Numbered from the stretch's first letter, positions 1 to 9,657 are shown. The stretch: DNA of 12,075 nt from Azolla caroliniana (GCA_043228905.1 JBHGNT010001098.1:1-12075), one strand, 5' to 3'. The notes: generated by a model not told the origin, from the letters alone. Made by a program: numbers and translations.

Positions 1-797
1 CCCGGATTTAAACTAAACCGACCTTCCCGACATTTCTCCAAACATAGTCGTAAATGCTCAAAAGGTTTTCCGACTATAAACAGCAAAATTATCCAAAAAG
101 ACTTGCATAAATGTAGGAATGTAATCCCCACATATTTCCTGTATCACTCCTTGGAATGTCATCGGAGCGGTCTTCAAGACAAACATCATTACTACCACTA
201 CAAACACTCCCCATTCTGTAAAAAAGCTGTCTTTTCTTGATCTTTCAGATTCATCTAAACCTGATTATAACCAGTAAAACCATCTAGGAAACTATAGACT
301 TCATGGCCAGCTACCGCATCCAATATACCATCCGTAAATGGTAATGGAAAAGCATCTGTAACGGTAGCCGCATTCAGTTTTCGGTAGTCGACACATACCC
401 AAATCTTGCCATTCTTTTTCGGAACTACTACGATTGGATTTAACCATGTCGATTTTTTCACTGGACGGATAAACCCTACTTTCAAAAGTTTATCTATTTC
501 TTCTTTTACTTTAATAGCATAATTAGGATTTAATTGGTACTTGCGTTGTTGAACTGGCTTTACATCCTTATGCAGGTTGATTTGATGTTGACAGAAAGCT
601 GGGTCAAGTCCCTTCATATCTTCAAAAGACCATGCAAAGACATCCTTATATTGCTTTACTAATGCCATTAACCGTTGTTTGTCAGCTTCTATCATATCTT
701 TAGCAATGAGTACTGTTTTCAACCCATTGTCCTTATCTTCTTCTGCCAAATTCATTTCCTCCAATGCTGAAGCTTGAACTCGTTGGGACACCTTCAT
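1..797 (-). pseudogene. pol: E1 reverse transcriptase (degraded)
   Basis: ORF 255-797 has KDVFAWSFEDMKGLDP, WLNPIVVVPKKNGKIWVCVDYRKLN, DAFPLP and FLDGFTGYNQV. After a stop and frameshift it continues KTAF-TEWGVF...MF.LKTAPMTFQ...MQVFLDNF. The catalytic FLDD reads FLDN at 88-99. Confidence 0.93.
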
Positions 798-1655
798 CTC
801 TCTGTCGGTAGCTTCTTGCTAGAGTCGTATTTCTTTCATTGTTTGCTCATTTATTGGCAATTCCTCCTGGGAATCCACATATGGTGTCAAGGCTAGTAAA
901 ATATCCACTTCGAACAAAGGAATGATTTTCGGATTATCATCAAAATACTAATTTTCTTCGACCTCGTCTATTCCTTCCATCATATTGACAGACTCAACGT
1001 GCACTGGCAAACATTGTTTCCTTGTCGCAACCTTGTTTTGTGTAGACACCCGGATTTTCGTTTTGCCTTTTCTAAACGTCAGTTGATTCTGATTCCAATT
1101 CTGCTTGATGTTAGCAGTCTTTAACTATGGGCGACCTAATAGCAAGGGATATGCACCAGGAGCTTCCAAATGAAGTATTACTGATATCAGAAAGCTATGA
1201 CCACCCACCAACACCACCTCTAATTGTTGGAGTAAGCCAATTGGTCGTATCGTATTGGTATCTGCCATTCTTAGCCAAAATGGGCAAGCTTCCCATTTAG
1301 TAATACCCAACGTATCACAGGTGGTTTTATTAATGACATTTACTTCTGAGCCACCATCGACAATCGCATTTTTGATTTCCTGACCATGAATTATTACTTT
1401 AATCGATGGATTTTGCTCATCCAATATTGAAGGGCTGGTGCTCGGCTGACTATAGTGTACCAATACTTGTTTTGACCCTTTTTGGGCAATCAATGTTGCC
1501 ACCTTTTCGGTAAATCTAGGAACCAACTTAAGTAATCTGGTCAGTGGTAGTGATACTTGGCAATTTGCCAAGATCTTCCAAGTTTCCTCTTGTTCTGGTA
1601 CAACAATAGCTCCTGGTAATTCAATAGCTTGGTTAATTTCATTGTCTTGAAGCAT
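798..1655 (-). pseudogene. pol: E1 aspartic protease and PR-RT linker
   Basis: AIVDGGSEVNVI (DGGS at 1347-1358), CPFWLRMADT and YPLLLGRP*L (W to stop), then the linker VESVNMMEGIDEVEE...IIPLFEVDI. Confidence 0.9.
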
Positions 1656-3050
1656 CCGGTTTACATTATTTTGGTTTGCTTCCTCTACCCATTCCTTGGC
1701 TGCTTTTCGGACTGCTTCCTGAATCTCTCACTCAGATTGTTTACTTTTGCTTCTAGTGGTTACTTGTTGTATTTTTGGTATATTAACCATATTAGCGGCC
1801 GATCCTTTTCCTTTAGTAGGACACTAATTAGCATAATGACCAGTTTGATAGCAAATATAGCAAGTAGGAACAAACGTTCCACTTCCCTCACCTTGCACAA
1901 ACGGACCAGTCCCATCATTTTGTATAAACTGTTGACCATCATTCCCATTAGAATTCGGCGATTGTTGAAACTGTCGTGAGGCTTTTGGCTTGTAGAATTT
2001 TTTATTTTTATACCGGTTCTGCTTAAACTGTCCTCCATTTTGGTGTTGCTAATTCATATTCTGTGCTGCCAAGAATTCTTGATTTTGTTGAAAATCTTGA
2101 TTGTGCTGAAAATTATTTTGTTGAAAGGCCTGATTATTATTTTGCTGAAAGGCTTGATTTTGTTGAAAATTATTTTGTTGTTTTTGTGGAAAACTATTAT
2201 GTTGGTACCCATTATTGAACAAATTCTGGTTATTTTGGTGCCTGTTTTCCGGAAAAATTCGTCTTACTGGAGCCGTCGTCTTATTGAGCAAGTTATACTC
2301 ACATTGCTCGACCGAATGAAGTTTAGAATGACATATTGTGCAGTGTGTTCGTAGACTACATTCGATCGCCGAATGACCAGTATTTAAACAAGTAGTACAT
2401 TGAACTGCTTGTCGAAATTGTAACTCCTCCATCGTTGGCAGTGTACGATTTAATGCTGACATATCCATACTCCGTACATTTATCGGCGGTCAGCCCATAT
2501 CGATTGCCTTATCAATCACTTGCTCGATATTCTGATTCCAAAAATCAAACACCTTTAGTGTTGTTCGTAATGGTTCACGAATTGCTTCAAGGAATACATC
2601 CTTAAATTCATTGTCTGGAATAGGCCTGGAAATTTGAAGTTGTAAATTCTGAAAACGGATCATGAATTGAGACACTGTTTCATGTTGCTCCTGATACAAT
2701 GCATAAAATTGCGCTATCAAATCCTTTTGAGGTATCTGACGATGAAATAACTGCAGAAATTTGTTGGTCAATTGTTCGAATGTTTCGAACCCATGCAGAC
2801 CATTTTGTGCAAACCAATTAGTGGAATAACCATCCAATGACAAAACGAACTCAACAATCTTAGACTTATCTTCGGCTGCCGCCGATAGTTTCTGAGCTCC
2901 ATGGTTAATCTCCCATGTTGTCAGGAAATCCCTCACATGCGCTTCTGCATCAGTTCCCTCACAGAACTTAGAATACGGAAAAGGCATATTGTCCTCACGC
3001 TAGATATCGTAAAATGATACCTCCTCCGGCTGATTTTCGTCCGAAGACTA
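1656..3050 (-). pseudogene. gag: E1 gag (capsid, three CCHC zinc knuckles, Q/N-rich spacer)
   Basis: Retrotransposon gag-like ORF 2490-2987 (KF...DAEAHV...WF...F..LYQEQHETVSQF..RF). Knuckles CTTCLNTGHSAIEC (2358-2399), CTICHSKLHSVEQC (2301-2342) and CYICYQTGHYAN*C (1821-1862). The start position is approximate. Confidence 0.88.
2080..2240 (-). repeat. Imperfect codon-level repeats encoding FQQN(N/Q) units in E1 gag
   Basis: Recurrent ttttgttgaaa / aattattttg on the plus strand; translation QQNNFQQNQAFQQNNNQAFQQNNFQHNQDFQQNQEF. Confidence 0.8.
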
Positions 3051-3083
3051 GCTATAAGTTAAATTAGGAAGTACAAACCACCC

Positions 3084-3657
3084 TGTACTTGTTTCTGGCT
3101 ATAATTCCGCAGCTGATTCTATCTCTAGGGCCTTCGTCACAGAATGTATACGAGGACGTTTACAACAGACTAGTGTATCTGGATCGGACAACATCCATTC
3201 GTCCTGTCCCATCGAGCATACCAAAATTATACTGTGTTGTTCGGGTTCGTACCGAACGTTCTATCAAGAAGTTGTGGTTAGAGGAATAGATACGAATTAG
3301 TTGTAAACGTATTGGTGATAACAGACATCGAGATCGTGACTTATGTAATATAGCTTAGACAGAAGGAAATAGATAGCAAGAGCGATTCCTACACAGAGGT
3401 TTCTTAACTAAACTTTATATTACTAAATACAACGATAGATTTTTCCAATGCCTTCGGTTCCTTTTATAGGTAACCCGAAGGTCTTTTCTCATCAAGAAAT
3501 CCTACTGCCTATAATTATCAAGAATTACAAAACTTCGTAACTAATTATATCCTATTCGGTTATCTGTTGAGTCATCGATCCGAATTGTCGATCCGACTCC
3601 GACTCTGACTCCGAACTTCCTTCCGACTCCGACGCATCCATACTTGTCTGGGTAACA
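3084..3657 (-). repeat. E1 5' LTR (~574 bp)
   Basis: Minus strand begins TGTTACCC at 3657, where E2 gag-like coding abruptly starts, and ends AAGTACA at 3084, about 30 nt before the gag frame. Contains TATAAAA and CCGACT repeats (3593-3633). The second LTR is outside the window, so the ends cannot be confirmed. Confidence 0.65.
3462..3468 (-). promoter_or_regulatory. TATA box of E1 LTR
   Basis: Minus strand CCTATAAAAG inside the inferred LTR, oriented toward gag. Confidence 0.6.
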
Positions 3658-4890
3658 CAATGATCCGTATTCGAACGAAGAAGAGCAAGAAGAAGAGGAT
3701 TACCCGAGCAATGACCGTTACAATCCTCAGGGAGGGCGTTGCTACGATAACCGATGTTCCATCAACAATCGCGGCGGCCAGGTTGAGTCGTGCTCGTATG
3801 GAGGAAATCATCAATCACGAAATCAGCAGCTCCACGATGAGAGTTTGGAGGAAGAACGGTGCCAGAATAATCGTCGTGAGTATTGCCAGAAGCCTCGTAC
3901 CAACAGGTGGTTTCAGCGATCTCGGGAAGAACAAACAACGCATGTGGAGCCGATGGCACCCCCAGTTGTCAAAAAAGGTGAGTCCAATGTCCAATATCCT
4001 TTGTTTTATTTGTCAACAACCAAGCCATTACATGACTCAATGCCTACGCCGCAATAAAGGAAAAGGGCCAGCAGTGAACACAATCACGGTAGAAGTCCAG
4101 CAAGTTATGACCCGTAGCAAGGTGAAAACCACGGACTAGGTGGAGCAAGATGAGATTCGGAAAGCTGCTAAAGCTTGGGTAGAAAAACCAAATGAAGCCA
4201 ATGTGGAACGCATGCGGCAAGAATCCGGGCACACCGCCACTTATGACCAAGAGACGGAATTGGCGCCGGATCTGATATGGCAAGCACTTGCCGATTGCGA
4301 GATCATGCTAACAACAGACAAATTAAATTATTAAATCTAGTTCCTCGATTCCGACAGACTTTGGAAAACCGAATATGGGGCACAAACAAAATAGAAATTC
4401 TGGTGAATTTTATGGAGTCTAACACAGGCCCAGCCATGGTTGATCATCATAATCCAGCCATCAAGGTGGTGCTTCAAGGGTAGGAAATCACGGGCTGGAT
4501 TATCGACACCAGCCTTGGGGTGAACATGATTAGTAAGGCCACATTACGAAATGGGAAGCTTGCCCATTTTGGCTCCGAATGAAGGATACTCGTTTCGTTA
4601 AACCATTAAGGTTGGTTCAGAAATTACGGATCGTAATCAGCGAACATTCCTTTGAAATTGCAGTTGTTGTTTTGGCTCTGGACGCACTAGGGGTGTATCC
4701 TATCTTGTTAGGACGACCATCGTTATGCTTTGCTAATATCAAGCAGAACTGGCAGTACAATTGCATTAGCTTTCGATGAACCCGAGCCAAGGTCTAGGTG
4801 CCAACACAGGAAACCACCTTGCCCACAAAAGCAATAACGCCACTAAACGCGGAAGAAATTAGCATGATGAAAGGGTTGGAGGATACAGAG
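3658..4890 (+). pseudogene. gag-pol: E2 gag C-terminus (acidic/R-rich region, CCHC) and protease
   Basis: DPYSNEEEQEEEDY..., CFICQQPSHYMTQC (~4002-4043), IIDTSLGVNMI (~4499-4531), YPILLGRP. Many stops and frameshifts. Confidence 0.88.
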
Positions 4891-5340
4891 GATAAGGCGT
4901 ACGAAGCGCTAAAAGTGACACTTACACAAGCACCCATCATGCAACGTCTGGTTTGGTCAAAACCATTTCATGTATTTGTCGATGCATCCAACATAGCCAT
5001 CGGTAACACACTCATGCAGCTAACCAAGCTAAGCTGGTATCGGCCAATATATTATTTCAATTGCAAGTTAACAGACGCCGAATAGACCTATTTGACAACC
5101 AAGCGTGAAGCCTTAGGAATGATCTACAACATCAACAAATTCTGGCATTATCTATTAGTTCGGAAATTCACTTTTCGTGTGGATAACGTTGCATTGTTGT
5201 ACCTTGTTGCTAAACAATCACTAAGCGGGGAATTGGCCCGATGGATGCTGCTATTACAAGAACTTGAGTTCAAAATCCAGCATCGGCCAAGGAAACAGCA
5301 TGCGATGGCAGATTATCTAAGTTGGATCAACTATGACGAC
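4891..5340 (+). pseudogene. pol: E2 RT connection remnant and RNase H
   Basis: DKAYEALKVTLTQAPI, FHVFVDASNIAIG (D at 4981), YLTTKREALGM, FRVDNVALLYL, LARWMLLLQE, HAMADYLS. Confidence 0.92.
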
Positions 5341-5629
5341 GACGTAGTCACATCGCATGACGATTTTCTGGATGCCGAAATATTGCGTATTACGAAAACC
5401 GATGTGAAAGATGGCAACCACTTCTTGGATAAATGGTTGATGGAAATGACCTCCGTCTTAAGTACAGGGCTACCACCTCCAAAGCTAAGGACGGACGAAA
5501 AGAAACGACTGGCGGTCAGGAACTGGAACTTCTATCTCTTACTTAAAAGGAATATTATACCATAACGGAAGTGACAGCATCTGGCGACAGTGTGTATGAC
5601 AAGACGAAAAGGACACGGTCTTATGAGAG

Positions 5630-6771
5630 ACTCATTGCAGCACAACAGGGGGGCACTACGCAGGGGATGTAATGGCCCGGAAGGTATGGCAAGCAGGACT
5701 GTGGTGGCCCACAATGCAAAGGGATACGTACGTATATTGTAAAGAATGTGACCTTTGCCAGCGTATGGGCCAATCTATAGGGTTGGCACGGATGCCCCAT
5801 CAGCCGGTACTCCTGCTCGAACCATTTCCGAAATGGGGCCTCGATTTCGTCGAACCCTTTACTCCAGCCGCGGCCCGCACTAGAAACAAATATATCCTAG
5901 TGTCCACGGACTATTGTACGAAATGGGTAGAGGCAAAAGCGTTGCGCGACAACACCGGGGCTTCCACAACTAAATTCTTGTATGAGTACATTTGATGCCG
6001 TTTTGGTTGTCCTATCAAGCTCATCGGTGATCAAGGAAGCCATTTTCTGAATACGGTCATCCACAATCTCACCGAACATTTCGCCGTAGTTCATAAGAAA
6101 AGCACACATATATTATCCACAAGCCAATGGTCTTGCGGAGTCGATGAATAAAACATTCCAGAATATCTTGAAAAAGATCGTCAATGACAACCACACGGAT
6201 TGGGACACGAAGTTGCACAACGCCCTATGGGCATACTGCACCAACTTCAAAACCAACATCCAATCAACACCATTCTGACTGGATTTTTGACAAGAAGCCG
6301 TAATGCCTGTAGAGTTTTAGGTACCGAGTTTACACATATAGGTCCGCGAACGTCTTTCAGGGAGACAGTTTGAACAAATCCGCTTACAACAACTACTCGA
6401 ACTGGGGGAAGACAGAGTCCACAGCATGGCAATTTTGGAGCACGAGTAGCGGTAGTGGAAGGCATTCGTGGACTGGCACAATGGCACCAATGCGAAGTAC
6501 TTTGAGATGGGAAAAGCGGTCCTTGTATTCCAAACTCGCATGGGACAAATGCCAGGAAAACTGCGTTTCTGCTGGACAGGGCCGTATTGGATAGTAGGAG
6601 CCGAAAACGGAACATTCGTATTGGGCACCCTTGCAGGGGGAAGTACTACGCCAAAAGGTCAATGGGTTTCGAGTAAAGCCATATTGGGGACCCACACTAC
6701 CCAACCCTTTTCGTGCCAAGATTGACAATCAAACTGCTTCCCTGACGGAGGTGGAGTGGAACGGCCACTAA
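5630..6771 (+). pseudogene. pol: E2 integrase (HHCC, DDE core, GPY/F)
   Basis: H...GGHYAG...CKECDLCQ; WGLDF (D 5843), GDQGSHF (D 6029), GLAESMNK (E 6138); KLRFCWTGPYWIV; VNGFRVKPY; ends at TAA 6769-6771. Frameshifted. Confidence 0.93.
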
Positions 6772-6921
6772 TAGCGCCCATTTGTAAATATATGTAACGA
6801 TAATGTAGCGTAAGGCCAGTCATAACCATTAGGTCTGAAATGAGAAAAGAAAGTAAAAAGGATAGTCACGACTATTAAAAGGAGCACATGCACGCACACT
6901 TTCCAAGAAAGGGAGAACACA

Positions 6922-9077
6922 ATGTCCTCTCGATTAGCTCGACCGGACGACATGACGATAGATATCTTCCCAGCTCTGTGGTGATGGTTACACGACAAGG
7001 TTACATTCGGGTAGTAGAAGCCACCCCACCCGAACGCTCAGGATGTGGTAAGAAAACTCCACATGGACACAATCACAAAAGCCAGCATTAGGAAAAAGCA
7101 GGGCCTATCTGGAAGTGGCAAATGTTACTTCGAAATCCCTACAACAGGGATTCTCGAACGATACTTCGGGGAATATTCAACTTCAGCAAAAGCATACAAA
7201 ACATGGGAGGTACCTAACCCATTCTTTCGCGAAGTAGCGAAGTTTTTATTGGAAGTAGGGTGCGTACATACCAATGCCTATGGGATGCCGAAGCAGAAAG
7301 CGGGTATTATCATAGATATGTTTGAGGGTCAGGCCATTGACTGGGGAGTCATCACGGGGGCAGCGCTGCGAGAAGGCCTACATCCGTTTCGGGCCGGGAA
7401 ACAACTTCGCCCCATCATCCAACAGTACTTGATAGTATTATATGTTTGAAGGTCACGCCATTGATTGGGGAGTCATCACGAGGACAGCGCTGCGAGAAGG
7501 CCTACATCTGTTTCGGGCCGGGAAACAACTTCGCCCCATCATCCAGCAGTACTTGATAATACTATATGTTTGAGTGTTAGGCCATTGACTGGGGAGTCAT
7601 CACGGGGACAGCGCTGCGAGAAGGCCTACATCCGTTTCGGGCCGGGAAACAACTTCGCCCCATCATCCAGCGGTAAGGGTGTGTTCACCTCGGAGAGCGA
7701 AGTTTTGTCCTACCCAGATATTCCAGACATGGGCCATGAGTTTGGTGCCCTTTTGCAGTTCGGCACAACCTTTGAGCTAATGGAGTTCCTGGTGACACAA
7801 CAAATTAACGTGTCCCAACGAATGGCCGAGGAACACGCCAAATGCCAAATGATCAAGCACACGCTGAACCAAACAACGGAAAGTGAAGACGAAGGCCCAT
7901 TAGCGAGGGTGGGGAGAAAGAGAAATGGCAGCATTCGCCATATAGGCATAGAGCTCCCTTCGCTAAATAGGACCTTAGTGGGGGTACATAGGGAGCTAGC
8001 GACGGTTACCATTGGCACCAAAAATATGGTTGCCAAGAACAAAAATTTATGGAAGACCATAAAGGCAACCTAGAAGCAGTTGGATAAGGCACAACAACAA
8101 ATTACGGAGCTCGAAACTAGTGCACCAGTGACGCAAACATCTCCCATCCCCACCTCCCAAGAAGTTGAGCTGCGGGCTCTATGGGAGGAGGCAGAGGCCC
8201 AAGCAGCATTAACGACCAAGAAAAAATGGGCTACTCAGTTGGCTGAATTCGAGATCGAACGCCTTAGGTTGAAACTCCACCAGTCTTTAGACAAAGAAGC
8301 GGACATTGGAGCAAAAGAACACAAGGCGGTCAAGGCATTGCAAGACAAGCTCAATGACAAAATAGTCGTGCATGGCCGAACAAAGGCCGAGCTGAACACA
8401 TTCAACAGGGAGGGAACCAAGAAAGAAGGAAGCATCATGGCGTTAAGAGAAGCGTCACAGAAAAGGTAGGCGTGGTATAACGATCAACTCGAGCACGAGC
8501 GCCAAAAGACCAGAGATGTTGAAATCCTCAACAACGAGATGGGCCGACTAGAGGGGCTCCATGAGAAGGAGTCTCAGATATGGTCACAAATGAAAATGCA
8601 TTATGAAGAAGCAACGGCGGTCAACAAACGCAAAATCGAAAACCTCAAAAAGGCTCTTGAGGATTTGCAAGCCTGCACTCACTTTACATGGAACGTATCC
8701 GCACCTTCCTCCACACAAAATGTGATTGGTTTATGGCCCAACTCTAAGCGTCCATGGACAGAGGTTGGGCCGGATGGGCAAAACAGGTGGCGAAACTCCA
8801 CATTACAGGGCGGATTGGGAGAATCGGCGAAAGGATGGGAAAGGTTTTTACAAGTTGAGCGAGGATAACATCGCTATGGTCCAAGAAGACCTGACGCAGG
8901 ACTACCAAGCCTTGGCCGACCACCACATCGAGGAATATAGCACATCTATGAGAAGATTTTGGTGAAAGCCAGGAGGAGACATTATGCCAGCTGCATGACA
9001 TCATCGATGAAAAACGAAGAACAGAGGAGAGGAAAAAGATAGAGGTCATCATCCTTCTCGACAGCGACTCCACGTAG
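6922..9077 (+). pseudogene. E2 extra ORF downstream of pol (N-terminal IDWG-type domain plus long coiled coil), degraded
   Basis: ATG 6922 is in the same frame as ORF pieces starting 7045, 7465, 8080 and 8539, separated by point stops. Frameshifted tail ends ...KKIEVIILLDSDST TAG (9075-9077). E/K/Q/L-rich heptad-like sequence ~7790-8670. Confidence 0.72.
7316..7671 (+). repeat. Tandem triplication of a 124-bp unit (two full copies plus 108 bp)
   Basis: Copies start ATATGTTTGA at 7316, 7440 and 7564. By hand, 9 mismatches in 124 between copies 1 and 2 and 4 in 108 between copies 1 and 3. Confidence 0.97.
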
Positions 9078-9203
9078 CGGCACGAGAGTCCGCATGCGCA
9101 AGAGGTGTCATGATATGGCAAGACTGGAACCCACAACCTTATGTTATATGGGTAGAGCTCCTGACCATATTCATTTAAGTTTTACTACAAAAAATTATTG
9201 TAT

Positions 9204-9248
9204 ATTCTAGATTTGTCTGGAACATTCTAGAAGCTTCAGGACTATTCC
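9204..9248 (+). promoter_or_regulatory. Heat-shock element array in E3 LTR
   Basis: gGAAcaTTCtaGAAgcTTCa (9219-9238) is four perfect alternating nGAAn units. In-phase flanks extend it to 9 units, 6 perfect, ending about 10 bp before the TATA box. Confidence 0.75.
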
Positions 9249-9257
9249 TAAGAACAC

Positions 9258-9264
9258 TATAAAA
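9258..9264 (+). promoter_or_regulatory. TATA box of E3 LTR
   Basis: CTATAAAA directly downstream of the HSE array. Confidence 0.7.
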
Positions 9265-9426
9265 TGAGGCATACGGCATTATTTTGAACCAAATTGGTTC
9301 AATGCTAGTCTTAAGCCTCCTAGCTATTTTGTACTTACTCTTCACATAAGATATCATATGTTATCATCATCCTCTCTCTCTCTCTCTCACCTTCGCTATC
9401 CATCCTCTTAGTTGTCATAGACACGA

Positions 9427-9491
9427 TGGAATGTAGGGGGTTGAACCCATGACCTCTTCTTGGGAAACCTTACCAATTGAGCTACATTCCA
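9427..9491 (-). other. tRNA-like module (Pol III A box and B box, intact acceptor stem, truncated anticodon arm) inside solo LTR
   Basis: Minus strand TGGAATG-TA-GCTCAATTGGTA-AGGTTTCCCAAGAAGAGGTC-ATGGG-TTCAACC-CCCTA-CATTCCA. A box TAGCTCAATTGG 9484-9473, B box GGTTCAACCCC 9447-9437, 7/7 acceptor pairs. Confidence 0.75.
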
Positions 9492-9657
9492 TCTATGTAT
9501 TATTGTATTGTATAAGTTTCAATTTATTACATTGTAAGTTAATCACTAGACATGCACTCTCTAGAAGTTTCCATGCATTCTCTAGATGTTTTCTAGCTTA
9601 CAATCAAGGTGAACAACACCAGTTACGGGAGTATAATTTAGTTCTTGTTCTTTTGTC

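Larger units (their letters stand above)
1..3657 (-). mobile_element. E1: Ty3/Gypsy LTR retrotransposon, non-chromovirus type (Athila/Phygy/Selgy-like), 5' portion; continues beyond the left edge
   Basis: Minus-strand order LTR-gag-CCHC-protease-RT. RT follows protease directly (Gypsy order). Several stops and frameshifts. The lineage call is inferred from motif style and the lack of an extra RNase H between PR and RT. Confidence 0.93.
3658..9105 (+). mobile_element. E2: Ty3/Gypsy non-chromovirus element related to E1; 5' part displaced by E1, RT deleted, extra 3' ORF; no own LTR visible
   Basis: gag tail-CCHC-PR-(RT missing)-RH-INT-extra ORF. Gag tail and PR align with E1 (QQVMTRSK vs QQVTTRSK; KAAKAWVE vs KAAKEWVE; KWEACPFWLRM). 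No chromodomain after INT and no additional RNase H between RH and INT. Confidence 0.92.

Noticed and set aside
2040-2354. Hydrophobic plus-strand ORFs (also 1629-1979) as membrane proteins
   Set aside because: They are antisense shadows of the Q/N/K-rich gag; the L/I richness comes from the reverse complement.
6247-6728. Three overlapping minus-strand ORFs (and others at 7710-8060, 8744-9136, 10360-10719, 10973-11278)
   Set aside because: They are antisense to recognisable retroelement coding sequence or span insertion junctions, with no motifs of their own.
7316-7671. CRISPR-like array
   Set aside because: Head-to-tail 124-bp units with no unique spacers, inside a eukaryotic retroelement ORF.
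6922-9077. Retroviral-type env gene
   Set aside because: No signal peptide or clear transmembrane helix is visible, and the C-terminal half is a charged coiled coil.
9106-9412. 3' LTR of E2
   Set aside because: Only AAGAGG precedes it (no convincing polypurine tract), it does not resemble the LTR of sister element E1, and it continues past S into the E3 leader and gag.
9427-9491. Functional tRNA gene
   Set aside because: The anticodon arm is truncated, the D stem is incomplete and two T-stem pairs are mismatched. Kept only as a tRNA-like module.
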